Of a stretch of DNA of 23,305 nucleotides, positions 8,866 to 16,809 are shown piece by piece. The translations under genes were made by a program, and so were the position numbers. The notes below the pieces were generated by a model. The model saw only the letters and a list, made by a program, of their open reading frames with translations. It ran no database searches and was not told the origin of the DNA. Position 1 is the stretch's first letter; every line of letters starts with the position of its first letter. This stretch comes from an uncultured archaeon (GTDB lineage: Archaea; Hadarchaeota; Hadarchaeia; Hadarchaeales; WYZ-LMO6): assembly GCA_938074535.1 (NCBI GenBank), contig CALJER010000051.1, positions 1 through 23,305 on the forward strand. The letters run 5' to 3'.

Positions 8866-9954
8866 CTACGCCGATCTCTCCAGCGCCTCTATGATGGCAT
8901 CCGCCATCTCCCTCGTCCCCACCGCCGAGGGATCGGAGGGATCGGGCTTCAGGTCGTAGGTCACCCTCTTCCCCTCCGCTATCACCCGCGCCACGGCACC
9001 CTCCAGCCTGGAGGCGGCCTCCGCCTCACCCAGGTGGCGGAGCATCATCACCGCGCTCAGGATGGCGGCGGTGGGATTCGCCCTGTTCTTCCCCGCGTGC
9101 TTGGGGGCGCTGCCGTGGACGGGTTCGAACACCGCCCCCCTCTCCCCCACGTTGGCGCTGGGCGCCACCCCCAGTCCCCCCACCAGCCCGGCGCAGAGAT
9201 CGGAGAGGATGTCCCCGTAGAGGTTGGGGCAGACCAGCACATCGTAGAGCTCGGGCTTCTGGACCAGCTGCATGGACATGTTGTCCACGATCCTGTCCTC
9301 GAACTCTATGTCCGGGTACTCGCTCGCCACCCTCCTGGCGGTCTCCAGGAAGAGCCCGTCCGAGAACTTCAAAATGTTGGCCTTGTGCACGGCGGTGACC
9401 TTCCTCCTCCCGTTCCTCCTGGCGTACTCGAAGGCGAACCTCACGATCCTCTCCGAGGCCCACGCCGAGATGGGCTTCAGGCTCACCCCCGAGTCCTCCC
9501 TCAGGGAAACCCCCCTGAGCTTCCTCAGGAACTCCAGGAACTGCCTGGTGTCCTCCCTGCCCCTCTCGAACTCCACCCCGGCGTACAGGTCCTCGGTGTT
9601 CTCCCTGATCACCACCAGGTCCACCCCCTCGTACCTGCTCCTCACCCCCCTGTACCACCTGCAGGGCCTCACGTTGGCGTAGAGGTCCAGGGCCTGCCTC
9701 AGGGCCACGTTCACGCTCCTGAAGCCCTTCCCCACGGGGGTGGTGATGGGCCCCTTCAGGGCCACCCCCGTCCTCCTCACCGACTCCAGCACCTCCTCCG
9801 GGAGGGGTGTGCCCTTCTCCTCCGCCACCTTCTCCCCCGCCTCCACCACCTCCCACTCTATCCTCACCCCGGTGGCCTCCACGCACCTGCGCGCCGCCTC
9901 CGTGACCTCTGGGCCTATCCCGTCTCCCGGAATGAGGGTGACGCGATAAACCAT
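8866..9954 (-). CDS. icd: Isocitrate/isopropylmalate dehydrogenase family protein, most likely isocitrate dehydrogenase
   Basis: [26 protein letters not shown] (isocitrate-type S-x-N), [36 protein letters not shown] 9954 preceded by GGAGG. Confidence 0.8.
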   Translation of the reverse strand: MVYRVTLIPGDGIGPEVTEAARRCVEATGVRIEWEVVEAGEKVAEEKGTPLPEEVLESVRRTGVALKGPITTPVGKGFRSVNVALRQALDLYANVRPCRWYRGVRSRYEGVDLVVIRENTEDLYAGVEFERGREDTRQFLEFLRKLRGVSLREDSGVSLKPISAWASERIVRFAFEYARRNGRRKVTAVHKANILKFSDGLFLETARRVASEYPDIEFEDRIVDNMSMQLVQKPELYDVLVCPNLYGDILSDLCAGLVGGLGVAPSANVGERGAVFEPVHGSAPKHAGKNRANPTAAILSAVMMLRHLGEAEAASRLEGAVARVIAEGKRVTYDLKPDPSDPSAVGTREMADAIIEALERSA

Positions 9955-9959
9955 CCTCC

Positions 9960-11273
9960 TCAGACCTCGAAACCCGCCTTCCTGGCCAGCTGCCTGAACT
10001 CCTCGTCCCTCAGGGGCATCCTGCGGGTCCCGCTGACGAACTTCTCCCTGATGGTCTCCACCAGCTGCTCCAGCCTCGGGTCCTTCTCCTCCACCGGCTT
10101 CCCGAGCATCTCCTGCAGCCTGAGCCTGATCCCGTGCTTCCCCGACCTCTTCCCTATCACGATGGTCCTGCGCTGCCCCACCAGCTCGGGGGGGAAGGGC
10201 TCGTAGGTGAGGGGGAGGGCGGAGATCCCCTGCAGGTGGATCCCCGACTCGTGGGCGAAGGCCGCGTCCCCCACGATGGCCTTGTTGAGGGGCAGGTGGT
10301 ACCCGGTGGAGGAGGAGAAAAAGAGGGCCAGCTCCCTTAGGGGGGCGAAGTTCCACTTGGTCACGTCGTGGTGCAGGTAGCAGTTGAGCATGACCTTCTC
10401 CGTCTCCGCGTTCCCCGCCCTGTCCCCCACTCCCAGCAGGGTCGTGCTCACGTAGACCTTGTCGTAGAGCCCGGAGGCCGCCCTCACCGCCGCCATGGTG
10501 TTCTCCACCGCGTTTCCCAGGTCGTCGTGGGCGTGGATCTCCACGTAGGGGATCCTCGTCTCCCTCCTGACGTGCCTGATCTTGGCCGGGATGCCGTTGG
10601 GAAGGGTGGCGAGGGGATCGGAGAGGCCCACCCCCACGGTGTCGCAGATGCGGTAGACCGCGGCACCCGCCTCCGCCACGGCGTTGATGAACATCCTCTC
10701 GAACTCCCAGTCCGCCCTGGTGCTGTCCTCCCCGTGCACGAAGACGGTGAGGCCGTGCTCCACGGCGTAGGAGACCGTCTCCACCACCCTCTCCAGCAGC
10801 TGCAGGGGGGTGCTCTCCCACTTCTCGAAGTGGATGTAGGACACGGGATGGGAGATCCCCACCTGCTTGAAGCCCAGGGAAAGGGCCGTGTCCACATCCT
10901 CCTTCGAGGCCCTGCACCAGGCCGCCATCATGTCCCCCAGCCCGGCATCCCTCATGAGCTTCACGGCCTGCTGGTCCGTCTTCGTGAAGGTGAGGACCTC
11001 CAGCCTCTCCACCCCCAGGTCCCTGAGGAGGCAGGCGATGCGGCAGGTGTCCTCGGGCTTGGGGGTGACCATCCCCGCCATCTGCAGGCCCTCCCGGAGG
11101 GTGGTGTCGTCCACCACCACCTCCACGTTGAGCGGGACGGGACGGTACACCAGCTTGCGCAGGCGCTCCCACTTCTCCCTGTCGAAGTGGGGGGAGGAGA
11201 GCTCCCTCAGCAGGGCAAGCTCCTGCAGCCTCTTCCTCTGGAAAGGATCCTCTGCCGGCACCAGGGACTCCAC
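9960..11273 (-). CDS. DRE-TIM acetyl-CoA condensing enzyme (Re-citrate synthase / homocitrate synthase-like), no LeuA regulatory domain
   Basis: [55 protein letters not shown]; GTG start with AGGAG upstream. Confidence 0.88.
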   Translation of the reverse strand: MESLVPAEDPFQRKRLQELALLRELSSPHFDREKWERLRKLVYRPVPLNVEVVVDDTTLREGLQMAGMVTPKPEDTCRIACLLRDLGVERLEVLTFTKTDQQAVKLMRDAGLGDMMAAWCRASKEDVDTALSLGFKQVGISHPVSYIHFEKWESTPLQLLERVVETVSYAVEHGLTVFVHGEDSTRADWEFERMFINAVAEAGAAVYRICDTVGVGLSDPLATLPNGIPAKIRHVRRETRIPYVEIHAHDDLGNAVENTMAAVRAASGLYDKVYVSTTLLGVGDRAGNAETEKVMLNCYLHHDVTKWNFAPLRELALFFSSSTGYHLPLNKAIVGDAAFAHESGIHLQGISALPLTYEPFPPELVGQRRTIVIGKRSGKHGIRLRLQEMLGKPVEEKDPRLEQLVETIREKFVSGTRRMPLRDEEFRQLARKAGFEV

Positions 11274-11298
11274 GACTCCTAACGGAGCTTCTGCCTAA

Positions 11299-12372
11299 TT
11301 AGTTTTTCCGAAAGCCTTCTCCCCTCCCCTCCACCGAGAGCCTGGAGGGAGCGCCCAGGCCGCCCTCCACCGAGAACTTCACCCCGAGCATCCCCTCCAC
11401 CAGCTCCACGTTGGTGAGGGCGTGGAGGGTGAGATGGGTGCTCCAGAGCTCCGACCTCCCCTCCGCCAGGGCCAGATAGGGGATGAGCTGGTCCGTGAGG
11501 TACCTGTCCACGGCATACCCCGTCCTGAGCTCCTCCAGCAGGAGCTCCGCCGCCTCCCTTCCCACCCTCTCCGCAGGCTTCCCGGGCCTGCCCAGGGAGC
11601 TGCTTCCAAGAATCCCTCCCCGGGAGGTGAGGGCCCAGAGGACGATCCCGCTCCCCGGTCCAGGGGAGGGTCCCCCCTGCACCTCCGCCCTTATCCTGGC
11701 CGCGTATCCCTCCTTCAGGAGGCGAAGCTTGGCGGCATGGGCCTGCCTGGCGGCCACATGGGGGGGCAAACCCACGCAGTGGGAAATCCCCTCCACCCTC
11801 TCCACCCTTCCCGCCTCGGTGAGCTCGAGGGGTCGAAGCACCTCCACGGGATGGGTCCTGACCACCACCTTCCCCCCTCCCCTCGGATAGTGGCCCCTGC
11901 GGGGGCACTCCAGTTCCACCTCGTACCCCATCCTGGCCAGCATGGGGAGGGTCACGTGCCTGAAGTAGTCCACGGGAGGGGCGAGGGGGTTGTCCGTCCC
12001 GCCCGTTACCTCCACCTCCGCGGGCCCCGAGGCAAAAGCCAGGGGAGGAAGCAGGACCTGCAGGAGGAGGACGGTGCTCCCGGCCGTACCTATGTCAAAC
12101 CTGTACTTCCCCCCCGAGATCTCACCGGGCTCGAAGTAGACCTCCGTGGAGCCGAGCTCCGCCCCCTCCACCTTCGCCCCCGTGACCTCCGCCAGCGCCT
12201 CCACCCCCTTCAGGTGCTGGGGCTGCAGGCCGGGCCTCTTGCGCTTCAATCTGACGTTGTAGACCCTCACCGGCCTCCCCCTCACCGCCGCCAGGGCCAG
12301 GGCCGCGCGGAGGACCGCCCCTCCGCCCTCCCCCCTGGACCCATCGACCTCCAGAACCTCCATTCCAAACAT
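11299..12372 (-). CDS. rtcA: RNA 3'-terminal phosphate cyclase
   Basis: DGS.GEGGG, R.RPGL.PQH, IGTAGS..L.LQ, GGTD...AP, RGHYPRGGG, D..L.DQL, TLHA.TN (catalytic His). Start may instead be ATG 12363. Confidence 0.95.
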   Translation of the reverse strand: MFGMEVLEVDGSRGEGGGAVLRAALALAAVRGRPVRVYNVRLKRKRPGLQPQHLKGVEALAEVTGAKVEGAELGSTEVYFEPGEISGGKYRFDIGTAGSTVLLLQVLLPPLAFASGPAEVEVTGGTDNPLAPPVDYFRHVTLPMLARMGYEVELECPRRGHYPRGGGKVVVRTHPVEVLRPLELTEAGRVERVEGISHCVGLPPHVAARQAHAAKLRLLKEGYAARIRAEVQGGPSPGPGSGIVLWALTSRGGILGSSSLGRPGKPAERVGREAAELLLEELRTGYAVDRYLTDQLIPYLALAEGRSELWSTHLTLHALTNVELVEGMLGVKFSVEGGLGAPSRLSVEGRGEGFRKN

Positions 12373-12422
12373 CCCCCCTCTCCCCCCGTTAGAGCTTTTC
12401 GGAACCCCTCCAAGCTTTGGGG

Positions 12423-12836
12423 ATGGACCTGCGCTCCAGGGTGCTGGAGCTCACCTCCCTCATTCCAAGGGGAAGGGTGACCACCTACGCCGAGCTGGCC
12501 AGGGCGGCGGGCAAGCCCAAAGCCTGCAGGGCGGTGGGACGCATCCTCTCCCTCAACCCGAGACCGGTGGAGGTCCCCTGCCACAGGGTGGTGAGGTCGG
12601 ACGGAAGGGTGGGGGGCTACGCGCTGGGGGAGAGGAAGAAGGTGGAGCTGCTGGAGGGGGAGGGGGTGGAGGTGAGGAAAGGAAGGGTGGAGCTGGAGAG
12701 GTTCATGTTCCGGTTTTCCGGGGGCCGAGCAGGCGATCGCTCTGGGAGAGGTCCCTCATCCTACCCACCCCGTCGATCTCCTCCACCACCTTCACCACGG
12801 CGGGGGGGACCAGGTGCTCCCACTTCTTGCCCCTGA
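12423..12836 (+). CDS. ogt: O6-alkylguanine-DNA alkyltransferase (MGMT family, single C-terminal domain)
   Basis: IPRGRVTTY.ELA, RAVG, NP....PCHRVV (active Cys), GGY, K..LL..EG. Last ~35 aa are low complexity and overlap nadM. Confidence 0.88.
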   Translation: MDLRSRVLELTSLIPRGRVTTYAELARAAGKPKACRAVGRILSLNPRPVEVPCHRVVRSDGRVGGYALGERKKVELLEGEGVEVRKGRVELERFMFRFSGGRAGDRSGRGPSSYPPRRSPPPPSPRRGGPGAPTSCP

Positions 12837-13251
12837 CCATGCGCTCCCTGATCTTCGTTCCCATGTAGTCCTTCCTGTTGTACAGGGGGAAGGTCCTCAC
12901 CTCGTAGCCCGCCTCCCTGAAGAGCCTCCTGACCAGGGGGTTCCCGGTGTAAACCACGGAGAAGGGCGGGGAGTAGGAGAGGACGTGGGAGACCCAGAGG
13001 GCGTTGTTGTTCACGTCGGGAATGGGGACGATGTGGACCCTTGAGGTCTCTATTCCCTCCTCCGCCAGAGCCCTGCCCAGCATGAGCATGCGCTCTCCCG
13101 CCGTGAAGGGGTTCTCCAGCGTGTGGCTCTCCTGGGCGCTCCCTATCCCCACGATCAGCTCGTCGGCCTCCTTCAGGATCCCCTTGAAGACCTCCAGGTG
13201 CCCCTTGTGGGGGGGCTGGAAGCGTCCGATGAAGAGGGCCCTCCTGACCAT
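12703..13251 (-). CDS. nadM: Nicotinamide-nucleotide adenylyltransferase
   Basis: FIGRFQPPHKGH, GIGSAQESH...NPFTAGER, YTGNPLV, GT.IR, W..LVP; ATG at 13251. Confidence 0.96.
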   Translation of the reverse strand: MVRRALFIGRFQPPHKGHLEVFKGILKEADELIVGIGSAQESHTLENPFTAGERMLMLGRALAEEGIETSRVHIVPIPDVNNNALWVSHVLSYSPPFSVVYTGNPLVRRLFREAGYEVRTFPLYNRKDYMGTKIRERMVRGKKWEHLVPPAVVKVVEEIDGVGRMRDLSQSDRLLGPRKTGT

Positions 13252-13314
13252 CTTTCCCCCCTCTCCCTTAGCTCCCATCCCTTTTATCCCTCCCCACGGA
13301 AGGGAGAGAAGAGC

Positions 13315-14595
13315 ATGCAGGTGAGGGAGGCGAGGAAGGGGAGGGCCACTCCTGAAATGAAGGCGGTGGCAAGGGCAGAGGGGGTGCCCCTTTCCCAGGT
13401 GGTGAGGGGGGTGGCGGAAGGCAGGATCGTCATACCCCACAACCCCTGCAGGAAGGAGAGGATCCGTCCCAAGGGGATAGGGGAGGGGCTGAGGGTGAAG
13501 GTGAACGCCAACGTGGGCTCCTCGCCCGACTACGTGAGGGTGGAGGAGGAGGTGGAGAAGGCCAGGGTGGCGCAGGAGTGCGGGGCTGACGCGGTGATGG
13601 ACCTGAGCATAGGGGGGGACCTGGACCTGATAAGGAGGAGGATCCTGAAAGAGGTGAGCCTGCCCGTGGGGACCGTGCCCATCTATCAGGCCGGGATAGA
13701 GGCCTCCAAGAGGGGCGGCCTGCTCGACATGAACTCCGACGACATGTTCAACACCATAAGGAGGCACGCGAAGGACGGGGTGGACTTCGTCACCGTGCAC
13801 TGCGGGGTGACCAGGGAGGTGGTGGAGAAGCTGGGGGGAAGGAGGCTGCTGGGGATCGTGAGCAGGGGAGGGGCCTTCCTGGCCGCCTGGATCCTGAAGA
13901 AGGGGAGGGAGAACCCGCTCTACCAGGAGTTCGACTACCTGCTGGAGCTGGCCTCGGAGTTCGACCTCGTCCTGAGCCTGGGGGACGGCCTGCGCCCCGG
14001 AAGCATAGGGGACGCCTCCGACTACTTCCAGCTGCACGAGCTCATGACGCTGGGGAGGCTGGTGGAGAGGGCCAGGGAAAAGGGGGTGCAGGCCATGGTG
14101 GAGGGGCCCGGACACCTGCCGCTGGACCAGGTGGAGTGGAACGTGAAGCTGGAGAAGGCCGTGTGCAAGGGAGCGCCCTTCTACGTGCTGGGACCGGTGG
14201 TGACGGACCTGGCCGCCGGCTACGACCACCTGGTGGGCGCGATAGGGGGGGCGGTGGCCGGGATGGCGGGGGCGGACTTTCTTTGCTACGTGACACCCTC
14301 CGAGCACCTCTGTCTCCCCTCCGTGGAGGACGTGAGGGAGGGGGTGATCGCCACCAAGATAGCGGCCCACGTGGCGGACGTGGCCAGGGGCATGGACCTG
14401 GAGAAGGAAGTGGAAATGGGGAGGGCCAGGAAGAAGCTGGACTGGGAGAAGCAGTTCAGGCTCTCCCTCTACCCGGAGAGGGCGAGGAAGATAAGGGGCG
14501 GGAGGCCGCCGAGGGTCGACCCCAGCACCTGCAGCATGTGCTCCAAGTTCTGCGTCATCAAGTTCCTGGGTGAAGTGCTGGAGGGCAAGGCCTGA
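13315..14595 (+). CDS. thiC: Phosphomethylpyrimidine synthase ThiC (ThiC/Bza family radical SAM)
   Basis: KVNANVGSS, MDLS.GG, GTVPIYQ, VSRGG, SLGDGLRPG, EGPGH, FYVLGP, GYDH, CYVTP.EHL, C-terminal CSMCSKFC. Confidence 0.9.
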   Translation: MQVREARKGRATPEMKAVARAEGVPLSQVVRGVAEGRIVIPHNPCRKERIRPKGIGEGLRVKVNANVGSSPDYVRVEEEVEKARVAQECGADAVMDLSIGGDLDLIRRRILKEVSLPVGTVPIYQAGIEASKRGGLLDMNSDDMFNTIRRHAKDGVDFVTVHCGVTREVVEKLGGRRLLGIVSRGGAFLAAWILKKGRENPLYQEFDYLLELASEFDLVLSLGDGLRPGSIGDASDYFQLHELMTLGRLVERAREKGVQAMVEGPGHLPLDQVEWNVKLEKAVCKGAPFYVLGPVVTDLAAGYDHLVGAIGGAVAGMAGADFLCYVTPSEHLCLPSVEDVREGVIATKIAAHVADVARGMDLEKEVEMGRARKKLDWEKQFRLSLYPERARKIRGGRPPRVDPSTCSMCSKFCVIKFLGEVLEGKA

Positions 14596-14623
14596 AGGGG
14601 CAGCGCCGCTCGGGGAAGGCCTG

Positions 14624-15694
14624 CTAAGGCGTTTTCAGGACCTCCGCCAGCTTCCCCAGCATCTCCTCTATGTCCTGGAGGGTGATGTAGCCCATGTTCC
14701 CTATCCTGAAGGTCCTCTCCCTCAGCCTTCCGTACCCCTGCGCCAGCTCCACCCCCCTCTCCCTCATCCTCAGGTAAATCTCCTGCCCGCTCAGGTGCGG
14801 GGGGGCGTTGAGGCAGAAGATGGTGGGGCTGGCGTACTTCTCCTCCGTGAAGAGGGTGAGGCCCAGGTCCTTCACCCCGCGCAGGATCCTCCTCGCCCTC
14901 CCGGCGTACTCCTCGAAGTACCTCCCCTTCCCCTTCTCCTCGATCATCCTCAGGATCCTGTTCAGGGCCAGGATGAGGGGGATGGGCGGGGTGACGGGGG
15001 TCTCGTCCTTCTGCTGGGAGCGATCGTACCTCTCGAAGTCGAAGTACCACCCCTTGTTCGCCATCTCCCTCGACTTCGCCATGGCCTCCTCCGACACCGA
15101 CACCACGGCCATGCCCGGGGGAAGGCCCAGGCACTTCTGGGAGCCCGCGAAGCACACGTCCACCCCCAGCCTTTCGGGGGAGAACTCCACTCCCCCGAGC
15201 GCGCTCACGGCATCCACCAGCAGGAGCTTTCCCTGCTCCTTCACCACCCCCGCGAGCTCGGGGAGGGGATTGAGCAGACCGAGGCTGGTCTCGGAGTAGG
15301 TCACGGTGACGGCCTCCACGTCGGGGTGCCGGCGGAGCTCCTCCTCCAGCCTGTCGGGCAGAACCGGCTTTCCGGGCTCCGTCTGCAGGACCACCACCTC
15401 CCTGCCGTTGGCCTCCGCCACCCTCACGTATCTCTCCCCGAACTCCCCCGTCACCGTGCAGAGGAGCTTCTTCTTCACACAGTTCCTGATGGAGGCCTCC
15501 ATTATCCCCGTGCTGGAGCTGGGGAAGAGGAAGACCCTGTGGTTGGTGTCCAGGAACCACCTCAGCCTCTCCACCGTCTCCCGGTGCAGGCGGTGGTACT
15601 CCTCGCTCCGGTGGCTGAACATCTGCCTCCCCATCTCCTCCAGGACCTCGGGGTAGCAGGCCACCGGGCCCGCCGTGAAGAGCTTCGCGGGCAT
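14624..15694 (-). CDS. Class V PLP aminotransferase (serine-pyruvate / archaeal phosphoserine-aspartate aminotransferase family)
   Basis: LFTAGPV, SHRS.E, GEFGER, SETS.G, VDAVS, GSQKCL.LPPG (PLP Lys), TP.TP, FRIGNMG; ATG 15694. Confidence 0.9.
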   Translation of the reverse strand: MPAKLFTAGPVACYPEVLEEMGRQMFSHRSEEYHRLHRETVERLRWFLDTNHRVFLFPSSSTGIMEASIRNCVKKKLLCTVTGEFGERYVRVAEANGREVVVLQTEPGKPVLPDRLEEELRRHPDVEAVTVTYSETSLGLLNPLPELAGVVKEQGKLLLVDAVSALGGVEFSPERLGVDVCFAGSQKCLGLPPGMAVVSVSEEAMAKSREMANKGWYFDFERYDRSQQKDETPVTPPIPLILALNRILRMIEEKGKGRYFEEYAGRARRILRGVKDLGLTLFTEEKYASPTIFCLNAPPHLSGQEIYLRMRERGVELAQGYGRLRERTFRIGNMGYITLQDIEEMLGKLAEVLKTP

Positions 15695-15698
15695 CCTC

Positions 15699-15725
15699 TT
15701 AAAGGGAAGGAGGGTTATAAAAAAA
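15699..15725. promoter_or_regulatory. Overlapping divergent promoters for the aminotransferase (-) and tRNA-Pro (+)
   Basis: Minus-strand TTTTTTTATAA (15725-15715) lies 21-31 nt before ATG 15694 (leaderless geometry); plus-strand TTAAAG (15699-15704) lies 25-30 nt before the tRNA 5' end. Confidence 0.55.
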
Positions 15726-15728
15726 GGT

Positions 15729-15802
15729 GGGGCCGTGGGGTAACTTGGCCAGCCTACCAGCTTGGGGTGCTGGCGATCTGGGTTCAAATCCCGGCGGCCC
15801 CA
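15729..15802 (+). tRNA. tRNA-Pro(GGG), intronless, CCA not encoded
   Basis: Acceptor GGGGCCG/CGGCCCC+A, D stem GGGT/GCCT, anticodon stem CCAGC/GCTGG with loop TT-GGG-GT, T arm CTGGG-TTCAAAT-CCCGG. Confidence 0.96.
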
Positions 15803-15969
15803 TCAGCCCACCGGGAGCAAGCCTCGCTGCCTGGGCCGCCTTCGGAAGATGGTCGACCAGGAGGAGGAGAGCCCCGGCGAGGTAGGTGCGGCTGGACCGG
15901 CTCCGCTTGGGCCCGTCACATCCGTACGATGGCCGGGACCGGTGGGGCTTGTCCGGAGGCCGAAGGTGG

Positions 15970-15974
15970 TTTTT
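15970..15974 (+). terminator. Possible oligo-U terminator
   Basis: TTTTT right after a GC-rich helix, the first T-run downstream of the tRNA. Confidence 0.35.
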
Positions 15975-15983
15975 GAGGTAAGC

Positions 15984-16793
15984 TCAGGTCAGGAGCTCGT
16001 CTTCCTCGAACTCTCCCCTGCCGTGCTGCAGGCGGAAAAGGAGGAGCTCCAGCTCGTGGACCAGCATCCGAACACGCGCCAGCTCCCTCCAGCTCCCCCT
16101 TCTCCTGAGCGTGCTTATGCTCTGGGGTCTGTCGCGGATGGCCAGGTACTTGGCCAGCAAAAGGTCGTAGACGGGAAGCTTTTCACCCCCCTCCACCCGC
16201 ACGCAGAAGCGCTCCCTCCCGTCGGGGGAGAGCACCTCCCCCCTCTTCGTGAGCAGGTACTCCCGCCCGTCCGCCGCTTTGACCAGCATTCTGCCCTCCC
16301 TCAGGAACCGCTCCGTCAGTTCCTCCCCGAGCACGCTCCTGAGCGTTCGCAGCGCCCTCTCCTCAGCTTCTTTCTTGTGGGAGACGATCAGCTCGGCCAG
16401 CTCCCCCGCCCTCTCCGGCGTGAGCTCCCAGAACCCCGTCAGGCAGGCCCTGAGCCATTCCTCCACTTCCTCCCATCCCACACCGGAGTTCCCCAGGAAC
16501 AGCTCCCCCTCCCTGATCTCCAGGGTGCCCAAAGGCAGGGAGCGGTGCTCCACCTCCCAGAGACCCTCCGGCCCCTCCTCCAAATCCTCTGGGGAGGGAT
16601 CCCGCTTCAGCCTCCTGCGGAAGCCCTCCATATGAAGCCTGAGCTTCCCCGTCATCCTGGTCTTCCTCACTCCCTCCAGGAAGGCCCCCAGCGCCTCGAT
16701 GGAGCAGTACTCCCTTTCACTCTCGAGGAAGTACCTTTTCTCCCCTGGCCCCTCCAGGTATGCCTCCCCGATCTCCTCGGTTCCTCCGGACAT
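15984..16793 (-). CDS. Uncharacterised two-domain protein, partner of the upstream GG-ending protein
   Basis: 269-aa ORF with host-like E/R/L-rich composition, GGAGG RBS, 16 bp after the upstream gene. No enzyme family recognised with certainty. Confidence 0.85.
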   Translation of the reverse strand: MSGGTEEIGEAYLEGPGEKRYFLESEREYCSIEALGAFLEGVRKTRMTGKLRLHMEGFRRRLKRDPSPEDLEEGPEGLWEVEHRSLPLGTLEIREGELFLGNSGVGWEEVEEWLRACLTGFWELTPERAGELAELIVSHKKEAEERALRTLRSVLGEELTERFLREGRMLVKAADGREYLLTKRGEVLSPDGRERFCVRVEGGEKLPVYDLLLAKYLAIRDRPQSISTLRRRGSWRELARVRMLVHELELLLFRLQHGRGEFEEDELLT

Positions 16794-16809
16794 AACGGGT
16801 CCTCCCGTG

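Noticed and set aside
8866-11172. 768-aa ORF suggesting a synthase-dehydrogenase fusion or frameshift
   Set aside because: The N-terminal 405 aa are a G/R/P-rich off-frame shadow of the synthase; the dehydrogenase has its own GGAGG and ATG at 9954.
12703-14370. 555-aa NadM with a large N-terminal domain
   Set aside because: The extension is the antisense of thiC; NadM motifs begin at ATG 13251.
15803-15983. SRP RNA or 5S rRNA (GGGAGCAA at 15813)
   Set aside because: Too short for archaeal SRP RNA, lacks the helix-8 GNRA context, and shows no 5S conserved motifs.
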